Shown here: in pieces, positions 9,268-17,362 of the stretch | Layout of the letters: the number at the start of each line of letters is the position of its first letter | Position numbering within the stretch: the stretch's first letter is position 1 | The notes under the pieces: model-generated | Seen by the model: only the letters and a program-made list of their open reading frames with translations | Told to the model about the DNA's origin: nothing | Database searches by the model: none | Translations under genes and position numbers: made by a program | From: a virus | Virus record (IMG/VR): IMGVR_UViG_3300045988_174371 | Span: 192,001 to 256,000 of that record | Length of the DNA stretch: 64,000 bases | Direction: 5' to 3' (one strand)

Positions 9268-12200
9268 CTACCCTCCTAGTGGGTGTCTCGTTTTTAGGTG
9301 GCGTGTTGATGGGGCTTCCCTGCGGTTGGCGGATTGGTTGAGGCGCTTTTTTGAAGAACTTCTTGCCGCCGGTAGCTGGTTCTGCCTGATTGTTGAGGGG
9401 GTTTCTGCGGGGTTGCGCCTCCTGAGCTTTCTTAGGGCTTGGTGTGACGGTGGGGATGGGTGCAGTTTTCGCCTCAGCAGGAACAGGCTTGGGGACTTCC
9501 ACCTTCGGCTTTTCGGGCTGAGGTGGTGCCTGTTTTGTCTCAGTCTTTGCCGTGGGGTTGGGGGTTACCTCTGTTTTCGCTGACGGGGTGCCTGCTGGCT
9601 TAGGTGCCGCTACCGGCTTTTGGGCGGTGGCGGGTGCCTGCTGGTCGTTTGCGGTAGTTGGAGGTACTTCCTTTTTCACGGGTGGCTGAGGTTTCGGTAG
9701 AGTGTTTCCTTCCTGTTTGTTTAGCGGCGGGGTTGCGGGCTTGGGCTGAGTTGCCTGTGGTTGAGGCTGTTCAGTTTTCGGCTCGGAGTTTCCGCTGTTG
9801 GGGTTGGTGCTATTACCCAGCTTTTGTTCGAATTTCGGCTGGATGGGCGGGGTGAACGTGCGGACAGGTTCCTCAGTCTGCTGTTGTGAGCCTGTTGAGT
9901 TGTCGGTGTGGGTGGATTGGTTTCCGGGGTTGCCGTCGTTGCCTTGATGAGTCAGAGGGTTCTTTGGAAGGTTGCTAAATGCTTCATCCCACTCGTCGTT
10001 TTCCTGCTGTCGGCGGCGTTCTTCCTCCTCACGTTTACGACGCTCTTCCTCTTCCTTCTTACGACGTTCCTCCTCTTCGCGCTTGCGGCGCTCTTCCTCC
10101 TTAAGACGCTCTTGTTCATCGAGCAGGCGTTGCTTGTGCTCTTCAGGTGTGGATAGGGTTTGGAGCGGCGTTTCGAGGCGGTTAAGCTGAGGCATCTTGA
10201 GAGCCAGACCTTCGCGCTCTTCGATTTCGTTCTCTGCCAAGTATTTCTTGATAGCGGCATTTTCTGCCTTGTCGAGGAACGCGAGAGCTTCAGCCTTGCC
10301 CATCTTCTTCACCTCAGGGTTGTTCTGAGCCAGAGCGCGGGCGCGCTGACCTGCAAGCTGTGCCTGCTCCTGGTGTTCCTTCTCCAACAGACCGTCAAGC
10401 GACTTGTTGGCGTTGGTGGATGCGCGGTAGGTTTCCATACCTGCCTGGGTTGCTTGCAAATCGAGGGCGCGTGCCTGTGCGAACTCGTCTTCGATAGCGG
10501 ATTTGTTCTTTGCCAGTAGCGGGTCTGCTTGGAAGAGGCGGTTGAGCTCTTCGCCGTATGCATTGCGCTGTTCCATAGTGAGGCTTTCCTCGTACATGCC
10601 CTTGAGGGCGCGTGCCTGGTTGTATTCGGCGCGTGCCTGCGTTGCGGCATATTCGTCGCCAACAACTTCAGCGAGTTTACGCTTGTGGCTGGCGGTTTGC
10701 ATTGCCTGCTCTGCACGGAAGATGTCTGCGAAGGTTTCGCGGTAGAAGCGGTCGGTGCCGTCGCCGCTGTTAGCAAATTCGAGTACCAAACGCTGAACGT
10801 TCTCGGTGGTTCGGCGCATGGTGTTTGCGGCGTTGTTTGCGTTGGACGCGACAACTTGTTCGAGGTTTGCTTGTGCGGTGGTGGCGTTCTGACCGTACTG
10901 GACGGTGTTGGATGCGAGTTCTCGGTCGCTCCTGACGTTTTCCATCTCGCTCTTCTTCGCGGTTTCGTAGCGCTGTAGCTCTTCCATCTTTTCAGCTTCG
11001 AGCTTGCGGCGCGTGCTGAGGGCGACTGCCGCCATGCTGTTAGGCTTCTTGCTGAGGATGCTCTGCTCTGCGGCAAGCTTACCTGCGTCTTGCATGTTCT
11101 CGCGGACTGCGCGGAGGAAGCCGGAACGTTCACCTGCTTCGTTCACGTGGTTGCGGTTGCGCCATGCGCTACGGAAGTTAGCGCCACTGACGGCACCCAC
11201 GACGCTGTTGCGGAGGGTGTTAGCAGAGTTGGAGCGGTCGAGAACGTTGCCGATGGCGTTACCGACGTAGTTGTTGCTGAACGGGTTTGACCTTTCTGCT
11301 AGGGTGAGAATCTGACGGCGTTGCTTCCAGAGTGCGGCGGCAACGATAATGTTGAAGACCATGACGAGTGCAAGGTCTGCTACAGTATCGATGATTGCCG
11401 ATAGGATAATGACACCGACCGCGAGGAGGGTGCTGTATAGAATGAAGCTGAGGATTGCGCCCAGCATGAAGCCGCCATAGCGCTTTGCGATGGACAGACC
11501 TCTCTGCTTATCCAGCAGGCAGAGCATGATGAACGGCAGGAGAATCATCATGAGTACGACGGTGAACAGCTGAATAATAGATGCGATTGAGAATAGGAGC
11601 ATCACAATAGCGATGGGCACAAAGGAGAGCATGGCGACGGTGGTCACCATGAATCGGTTGCTTGCGGAAGTCCAGCTGTATGACCAGTTGTCCCACAGCC
11701 TGTCGTCTGCGTGGGCTACAGCAACGACGTTGTACCAGCGGGGGTCTACGCCGTGCTTGCGTTCGTTCGCCTTGTCGCCTAGTTGCGCGTCAGTCTGTAG
11801 GTACATCTGATATGCGGCTAGGTTGCAGACCTTATGGTTACTTTCCTCTAGCTTGAGGGTCTTGTTGCGGTGCTCTGCGGGGGTGCCTACTACCTTAAGG
11901 GGTACACAGAAGGTGTTGGGGTCTACTTCAGCCTTCTTGATGATTTCTGCCATTGCTGGGTCTTTTACGTCCAGCTGTGCGAAGGGTCGCCCAAATTGGG
12001 CGCGGGCGTAGGGGTCTAGCCTTACGACGCGCCAAATGGTGCAGGTCATGGAGTTAATGCTGAGGACAGTCTTCTCGGAGTTGCTGAGGTTGTCAGCGGT
12101 AGACTTACAGATGGCGGATGCGCTGGAGGTGTTTCCATCTTTGCTTGCGCCTGTTTCTTCGTTGCCTGCGCTGGTGCTGATGCTCATTGCCGCGCCACCC

Positions 12201-13117
12201 ATTTCCTGCATGACCTTGATGGGTAGGCTGGTGAACATGCCTGCGTTCATGAGGATTGCGAAGCCTGCCAGACCTGCACCTACAACGTAGAGGGCGTTGA
12301 TAGCGCCGCGCATGAGGCTCTTGTTCTTAAAGCCGAAGAAGTAAATACCTACTAGGATGATGATAAGCGCAATGGGGCCTACAAAGGGGTAATAGGCGCT
12401 GTTGGTGACCGCCCCTATAAGGCCCTTGTCATCCTTGCCGTCACCTGAGACTAGCTTGGTGACGTTGAATACACAGTCTTTGTCCTTGGGGTCAGAGCAC
12501 ACAGTGTGCGGGTTGAATGCGGCGGTTACGAAGTTCTGCGTCAGGTCGTATGCAAGACCAGTTACACCGTTGAGAGTGTCCGCGATACCGTTAAGTGCGC
12601 CGCCCACGAGGATAGTGCCCACTGAGCGTAGCTTAGTGAGCTTTTCGGAGTCTTTATTGATGGTTTTGGGTGCGCCTTCCATACGGTTGGGGTCGGCGGC
12701 TACCACGCCGTCTTCACCTTCGCCTTCACCTTCGTAGTTGGTGAATTTAATGTTGCCACCTACGGCTTCTTTAAGGGTGAAAATACGTCCTGTCTTGTCT
12801 TGCAGTGGTATGTTACTGAAGCTGTTTTCCCAGGCGTTTGGGTTATTCATGCCATGCCCGAGGTTTTGGGCTCCACCAAAGATGCCGATACCGCCTGCGC
12901 GGGCGGTTTCGGTGATGGTGATGGCGGGGCTTGAGCTACCGCTGGGTATGGTGACGCTCTTGGTAGTATTTGAGCCGCCGGTGGCTAGGTATATGGTCAG
13001 CAGGAGAAGCGATATGATGGCGGCAATGAGCGCCGCCGGGGTGTATCGGCGGCGTTCTTTCGTGGCTCCCTCATCTGGTGTTGGAGCTGAGCTGAGTGAT
13101 GTCTTGTTGAGTGCCAT
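9254..13117 (-). CDS. giant polytopic membrane protein (1287 aa), VirB6/TrbL/ConG-like position, with coiled-coil, E/R/K helix and Pro/Thr-rich tail
   Basis: About 7 hydrophobic spans in the first ~640 aa. The rest is a long helical Ala/Gln/Glu-rich region, the block EERRKREEEERRKKEEEERRKREEEERRRQQ, and a ~250-aa P/T/K/Q-rich C-terminus. No P-loop. Overlaps the hydrolase gene by 14 nt. Confidence 0.55.
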   Translation of the reverse strand: MALNKTSLSSAPTPDEGATKERRRYTPAALIAAIISLLLLTIYLATGGSNTTKSVTIPSGSSSPAITITETARAGGIGIFGGAQNLGHGMNNPNAWENSFSNIPLQDKTGRIFTLKEAVGGNIKFTNYEGEGEGEDGVVAADPNRMEGAPKTINKDSEKLTKLRSVGTILVGGALNGIADTLNGVTGLAYDLTQNFVTAAFNPHTVCSDPKDKDCVFNVTKLVSGDGKDDKGLIGAVTNSAYYPFVGPIALIIILVGIYFFGFKNKSLMRGAINALYVVGAGLAGFAILMNAGMFTSLPIKVMQEMGGAAMSISTSAGNEETGASKDGNTSSASAICKSTADNLSNSEKTVLSINSMTCTIWRVVRLDPYARAQFGRPFAQLDVKDPAMAEIIKKAEVDPNTFCVPLKVVGTPAEHRNKTLKLEESNHKVCNLAAYQMYLQTDAQLGDKANERKHGVDPRWYNVVAVAHADDRLWDNWSYSWTSASNRFMVTTVAMLSFVPIAIVMLLFSIASIIQLFTVVLMMILLPFIMLCLLDKQRGLSIAKRYGGFMLGAILSFILYSTLLAVGVIILSAIIDTVADLALVMVFNIIVAAALWKQRRQILTLAERSNPFSNNYVGNAIGNVLDRSNSANTLRNSVVGAVSGANFRSAWRNRNHVNEAGERSGFLRAVRENMQDAGKLAAEQSILSKKPNSMAAVALSTRRKLEAEKMEELQRYETAKKSEMENVRSDRELASNTVQYGQNATTAQANLEQVVASNANNAANTMRRTTENVQRLVLEFANSGDGTDRFYRETFADIFRAEQAMQTASHKRKLAEVVGDEYAATQARAEYNQARALKGMYEESLTMEQRNAYGEELNRLFQADPLLAKNKSAIEDEFAQARALDLQATQAGMETYRASTNANKSLDGLLEKEHQEQAQLAGQRARALAQNNPEVKKMGKAEALAFLDKAENAAIKKYLAENEIEEREGLALKMPQLNRLETPLQTLSTPEEHKQRLLDEQERLKEEERRKREEEERRKKEEEERRKREEEERRRQQENDEWDEAFSNLPKNPLTHQGNDGNPGNQSTHTDNSTGSQQQTEEPVRTFTPPIQPKFEQKLGNSTNPNSGNSEPKTEQPQPQATQPKPATPPLNKQEGNTLPKPQPPVKKEVPPTTANDQQAPATAQKPVAAPKPAGTPSAKTEVTPNPTAKTETKQAPPQPEKPKVEVPKPVPAEAKTAPIPTVTPSPKKAQEAQPRRNPLNNQAEPATGGKKFFKKAPQPIRQPQGSPINTPPKNETPTRRVDDSQ

Positions 13118-13172
13118 TCGCTTCTCCGGGCTTATGTGGTGTGGACGTATTTTTGGGTTCTTTAGGTTATAG

Positions 13173-13219
13173 CAGAAGCACTGGAATCTACCGGCGTTTC
13201 GGGTGGATTCCAGTGCTTC
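13173..13219 (-). terminator. intrinsic terminator (15-bp stem)
   Basis: AGAAGCACTGGAATC-17 nt-GATTCCAGTGCTTCT, 12 nt after the stop at 13231. Confidence 0.6.
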
Positions 13220-13230
13220 TTAGAAGGGAG

Positions 13231-14109
13231 TTAGCTGTTGCAGGTCTGAAGCCCCTTTTGCAGGGCGCTCTTGTCTGCTTGGGTGATGCTCAGGTCATAT
13301 TTGGTGGCGGTGTCTATCCACAGCTGGGAGTAGTGGCACTGCTCACTGCTCTGAGGCATATACCCGGCAGGGGACTTACCATCCTTAGCTTTCGCTGACT
13401 CAGCAGATACGACGAGTAGCTGGCTGGTGTCGTTGGCGAAAGCTTCCTTCTTCTCTGCGTCCCAGTCCTTTGCGCCGTGGGTGGCGGCGTATTTCGGTGA
13501 GATTACATGGTCTACGCTAATGTTCTTGCGTAGACCAGTAGGGTCTTCGCCTGGCTTTACGGAGAAGGTGGTTCCGTCATAGATGCCAGCCCAGTTGCCG
13601 CTGGTGATGTCGCATGATGCTGGGTCATTATCCTTAGTGGTGACATCCTTGCCTTGCGCTTTGAGGACTTCTGCGCGGGTGGTGCATCCGTTGTTGTTGG
13701 TTGCCCAGATGTTCCACTCTGCGGGGGTGTACTCTACGTCTTCGGCTTTAGCTACTTTAAGGTTGTCTAGTGCTTTGCCGTAGGCGGTAACGGCTTCAGC
13801 ATCCTTTTTAGCTGGCTTATTGGGAAGGGCTGGTTCGGATAGCGCGCCACCTGCGCCTGCGCCCGTGCCGCCAATTCCGGGTGCTGTCAGCTTACACTCT
13901 TTACTGCTGTCTACCACGCTTTCGATGCACCTACCCGCCGCATCACCGAAAGTTTTGAAGGTGTAGGGGTAGGCGACTAGGGGGCTGAGGTTCTTAGTGT
14001 GGCTGACCCCGTATAGGTAGGGTAGACCGAAGGTGGCGATAATGATGACGGAGGCGAGTATTGTTTTAAATACACCTTTCCTATTTCCGTCTTGCTGGGG
14101 TTTGGGCAT
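13231..14109 (-). CDS. secreted/anchored DUF1524 (HNH-type, GmrSD C-terminal-like) protein, motif partly degenerate
   Basis: N-terminal signal/anchor (ILASVIIIATFGLPYLYG). C-terminal ISVDHVISPKYAATHGAKDWDAEKKEAFANDTSQLLVVSAESAKAKDGKSPAGYMP follows the DHV...W...FAND...L..V....N..K...P..W.P pattern, but has A where the second conserved N is expected. Confidence 0.45.
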   Translation of the reverse strand: MPKPQQDGNRKGVFKTILASVIIIATFGLPYLYGVSHTKNLSPLVAYPYTFKTFGDAAGRCIESVVDSSKECKLTAPGIGGTGAGAGGALSEPALPNKPAKKDAEAVTAYGKALDNLKVAKAEDVEYTPAEWNIWATNNNGCTTRAEVLKAQGKDVTTKDNDPASCDITSGNWAGIYDGTTFSVKPGEDPTGLRKNISVDHVISPKYAATHGAKDWDAEKKEAFANDTSQLLVVSAESAKAKDGKSPAGYMPQSSEQCHYSQLWIDTATKYDLSITQADKSALQKGLQTCNS

Positions 14110-14135
14110 GGCGGCGGCTCCTTACATGGGTCGTT

Positions 14136-15644
14136 TTAGATGCGGGGGGCTGTACTGTCGCGTAGCGCGTTAGGTCGCAGGTCGTCTCCGAGGTTTGCGG
14201 CGAAGTTCAGACCCAGGTACCCGGTGAACTGGTTGGTGAGGATGTGGTTATTGGTCACGCCGCCCACGTACAGGCTTGAGCCGGGGAATGCAGACATGAA
14301 GAGCTCTAGCTGGTTATTGCGCGTCCAGCGCAGGTTGATGTTCTGCGAGCGGTATTCCTGCTTGAGCTTTTCAAACTGGGTTTCCAGGTCTTCGTAACTG
14401 TCGCCGTATACGCGGATGTGGATACTGCCACGAACCCAGGGCTCACCGATGGTATCGTTCGCTTCCATCAGCTCTTCGAGTCGGAGGTTGGACTTCTGAA
14501 GCTCAGTGATGCCTGCGTGACCATATTCCTGAATCTGTTCAGCGCTCTTCTTGAGGTCTTCAGCTTCAAGGATGTGTTGCTGGCGGACGAAGCTAAATGC
14601 TTCTTTCATAATGTTGTTGGGCACGATTGCTAGTCGCGCAAATACGCTTGCTTGAGAGACCGCTGAGTTAGCGACTTCCGCGAAGGGTGCGATGTTTGGG
14701 AACTCTAGCACCTCAGGTAGCTGTGAGACGGTGAATGTCGCCACGTATTTCTTGAGGGTTGCTTTAGTGTATTCCTGGGTGATGACTAGGCAGGTGTTGC
14801 GGGAGTTGTCAATGAGATGCGCGTACTCGTAGGCGATTTGGTGGCTTCCGATACGTCCACCGGGCTCAATCTCCAAAGGGGGAACTGGAACTCCGGGGTG
14901 TAGGAGGCTCTTGGTGGCGAGAAGGATTTCGTCACGTGTTAGGGGTTCGCAAGAGAGAGCGCTTTGGCGCAATGCGCGGCGAATGGTTCGTTCACGCTTG
15001 GCGGCGTTGCGCTCTTCAAGTTCGGAAACGTTCTCACTGTAAATGCCGAGGAATATCTTTGCGTGTTCGGCAAGGAAGGCGGAGCCTTTCTTCATGCCGC
15101 TCATAAAAGCTTTCTTCGCATCTTCAAGGCTTTCCTCTGGCTCTTCCGACTCGTCAGCAATCTGCGTCTTCTGGAATTTCTTTCGGTCGCCAAGAAGTAC
15201 TCCTAGGTATGCGTCCTGCATGGTAATTCTAGATTCCTTCAGGATGTTTGCCTGGTACTTCATGATGCTGTCGTATTGTGGGTTCACCATTGCTTGCGCG
15301 GGGCTGTACGAGGTGGCGAGGAATGCGTTTGCGTCTAGTGGCGTGGATAGCGTGAACGGGAAGATGTGGATGGGGCCTGTCTCGCCTTTTAGGTTTAGTA
15401 GGCTTGCGTATGCCGCTGATGACATGTGTAGGAGTGCCGATTTGATGTCGGTTGATTCGAAGTCGAACTGAGCGCTGGACATGCGGTAGAACGCCCACAC
15501 TTCGGAGTCGCTGAAGACCATGTTGCGGGCGATAGTTTTCTGTGGGATGTCCAGTTCTCGCGGCTTGGTTCGAGTTTCAGGGCGTGCCAGCTTCTTCTCG
15601 CCGGGGAATCCTTTAAGCGGGTTGAAGGGGAAAGTGCTTGCCAT
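14136..15644 (-). CDS. VirB4/TraC-family N-terminal domain protein lacking the ATPase domain (502 aa)
   Basis: Sits directly after a small TM protein, the usual VirB3-VirB4 order. N-terminus IARNMVFSDSEVWAFYRMSSAQFDF and C-terminus QLELFMSAFPGSSLYVGG...NQFTGYLGLNFAANLGDD resemble the VirB4 N-domain up to the point where the P-loop domain normally begins. No GxxxxGK[ST] anywhere in the protein. Confidence 0.4.
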   Translation of the reverse strand: MASTFPFNPLKGFPGEKKLARPETRTKPRELDIPQKTIARNMVFSDSEVWAFYRMSSAQFDFESTDIKSALLHMSSAAYASLLNLKGETGPIHIFPFTLSTPLDANAFLATSYSPAQAMVNPQYDSIMKYQANILKESRITMQDAYLGVLLGDRKKFQKTQIADESEEPEESLEDAKKAFMSGMKKGSAFLAEHAKIFLGIYSENVSELEERNAAKRERTIRRALRQSALSCEPLTRDEILLATKSLLHPGVPVPPLEIEPGGRIGSHQIAYEYAHLIDNSRNTCLVITQEYTKATLKKYVATFTVSQLPEVLEFPNIAPFAEVANSAVSQASVFARLAIVPNNIMKEAFSFVRQQHILEAEDLKKSAEQIQEYGHAGITELQKSNLRLEELMEANDTIGEPWVRGSIHIRVYGDSYEDLETQFEKLKQEYRSQNINLRWTRNNQLELFMSAFPGSSLYVGGVTNNHILTNQFTGYLGLNFAANLGDDLRPNALRDSTAPRI

Positions 15645-15705
15645 CTGCGTCTATTTCCTTTGTGGTTCTCCGTAGGGGTGGTTAGTGTCTCTATATCTCA
15701 TAGCA

Positions 15706-15746
15706 GAAACCCCCTCTTGCTCTGTTTTCAGGTAAGAGGGGGTTTC
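15706..15746 (-). terminator. intrinsic terminator (13-bp stem)
   Basis: GAAACCCCCTCTT-15 nt-AAGAGGGGGTTTC, 45 nt after the stop at 15791. Confidence 0.6.
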
Positions 15747-15790
15747 GGGTGCCTATTTATGCGTTAGTGCACCTTTTTCTGGCTGGAGGC

Positions 15791-16075
15791 TTAGCCGTTG
15801 CCACTCAGAAGGTCGGTGCCCACCTTCTCACCTGTGCCCGCAACCGTTTGCACAAATGCGTTGTCGGGGATGAGCCAGTTCGATGCGGCATATACAGCGA
15901 CGGCGATAAGGAGGACGGCGACAACCAGCGCGAAGCCCTTCTTGAAGTCAGTCTGCTTGATAATGGGTACCGCAGGGATGAGGATGAGCACCGTCACAAC
16001 AATTGCGATAATGGTGCTGACCAGGTTCTTCGTAATCACAAGCGCGAAAGGAAGAAGAAGTGAAGAGCTAATCAA
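15791..16075 (-). CDS. small polytopic membrane protein (94 aa), VirB2/VirB3/PrgI-like position
   Basis: Two to three hydrophobic spans. Located between the TcpC-like and VirB4-N-like genes. The two overlapping plus-strand ORFs are judged to be shadows. Confidence 0.45.
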   Translation of the reverse strand: MISSSLLLPFALVITKNLVSTIIAIVVTVLILIPAVPIIKQTDFKKGFALVVAVLLIAVAVYAASNWLIPDNAFVQTVAGTGEKVGTDLLSGNG

Positions 16076-16135
16076 GGTATTTCTCCAAAAGTAATGTAAG
16101 CGTTAGCATTGTCCCTGTATATATATCAGAGATTA

Positions 16136-17362
16136 TTACTCGCCAGTGCTTACTGTTCTAACAATGTCGGAAGAGTCGGTGTCGTAAATGTCCGGTTCCA
16201 TGTTCGACACCAGGAACTTCTTATTGGGTTGCTGAGAGAGCGTCACTTTATATGTAACCGGGTAGGTGATGCTCTGCTTAGCGCTTTCCTTTGTTTCTGT
16301 GTCGGTACTGCCTCCTAGCTCATCAACCAGTTCGAGGTTTACCTTGGCGATGATGTCGCCGTTAGACTGTCGGTAAGCTTCGTAGGTGATGCTGTTGGTA
16401 TTGACGGTGTACTGACCACCGAAGCCGATGGTAGCTACACTCGACTTCTTAATATCAACGACATACTGAGATAGGTCGCCCGGCTTCTCGGGGGTAGCCG
16501 CCACATATGCCTTGAAATAGCCTTGAATGACGCTATCAAGGTCTGCGCTAGGTTGAACCCTTTCACCAGGGATGGTCTTGCTCTTCACTAGCTCTTGTGA
16601 CTTGCCCATTGAGAGTGAGGGGACGATGGCGGGGTGTGGGGTTGCGACGTAGTACTTGGAAGTTTTCTCGTTGTACGCTACGGTTACGGACATTGAGATT
16701 TGCTTCAGCTCAGCATTCTGGTTGTTGTTCTTAGCCGCATCCTTCACGGTGGTGCCTGTGCCGGTTGCGGATGGCTTGACCAGCGCTACCACACGGTAGG
16801 TTGCCAATGCGGAGTTCTTGTGTACGGCGACTCGCGTTACTTGTGGTGTGCCGATGACCTGCTGGGCTGAGTTGGCGGTGCTTGAGCGGATGTTGCTTGC
16901 GCCGTTATTGTCAGATGCCGATGATAGGCTGTCTCCGGTGAGGTAGAAGGCGAGCTGTTTCTCGGCGGTTTCGTCGGTTTTAAGGCTAAGGTATGCCTTG
17001 ACATAGTTCACGGCTATCTCTTCGCCAGCGGCTTTATTGAACCCGGTTTCTCCGTTTGCCGCGCGTGCTTTTGCGGCGAACTCTGCGTCGCTGAGCGTTT
17101 TAGGTAGGGTGTATGGGTGGATGATAGCGCTTGCAACACATGCGGCGAGTAGACCGCACACGGCAAAGGCGGTGATTCGCCCACGGGTTGCCCAGTTCTT
17201 ACTCTCTTTATAGAGAGGGTCGCCCAGGAATGAGACAGCGCCTTTTTCATTGTTGTTGGCGTAGAGGGTTTCCTCTTCGTCTGCGTGGAATGTGATGGGC
17301 TGTTCGGTGGGCGGTGTGGGCTTTACCGTTCGTTTGGAGCTGTGCTGACGACTGATAGCCAT
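16136..17362 (-). CDS. conjugal transfer protein, TcpC/ConB (VirB8-like) candidate (408 aa)
   Basis: ~70-aa cytoplasmic N-terminus, a single TM (ITAFAVCGLLAACVASAII), then a ~320-aa extracytoplasmic region. The start overlaps the coupling-protein stop by 1 nt. Confidence 0.4.
   Translation of the reverse strand: MAISRQHSSKRTVKPTPPTEQPITFHADEEETLYANNNEKGAVSFLGDPLYKESKNWATRGRITAFAVCGLLAACVASAIIHPYTLPKTLSDAEFAAKARAANGETGFNKAAGEEIAVNYVKAYLSLKTDETAEKQLAFYLTGDSLSSASDNNGASNIRSSTANSAQQVIGTPQVTRVAVHKNSALATYRVVALVKPSATGTGTTVKDAAKNNNQNAELKQISMSVTVAYNEKTSKYYVATPHPAIVPSLSMGKSQELVKSKTIPGERVQPSADLDSVIQGYFKAYVAATPEKPGDLSQYVVDIKKSSVATIGFGGQYTVNTNSITYEAYRQSNGDIIAKVNLELVDELGGSTDTETKESAKQSITYPVTYKVTLSQQPNKKFLVSNMEPDIYDTDSSDIVRTVSTGE

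Noticed and set aside
9990-10110. Periodic C/T-rich DNA repeat as a possible CRISPR array or non-coding tandem repeat
   Set aside because: It lies in frame within the 1287-aa ORF and encodes the EERRK block. It has no spacer-repeat architecture.
9047-11133. Several long alternative-frame or antisense ORFs inside the hydrolase and VirB6-like genes (9047..9583 +, 9952..10260 -, 10309..11133 -, 10160..10519 +, 10529..10978 +)
   Set aside because: These are shadow frames of a long, compositionally biased gene. Their products are R/S/L/C/T-rich, have no motifs, and are fully contained in a better-supported ORF.
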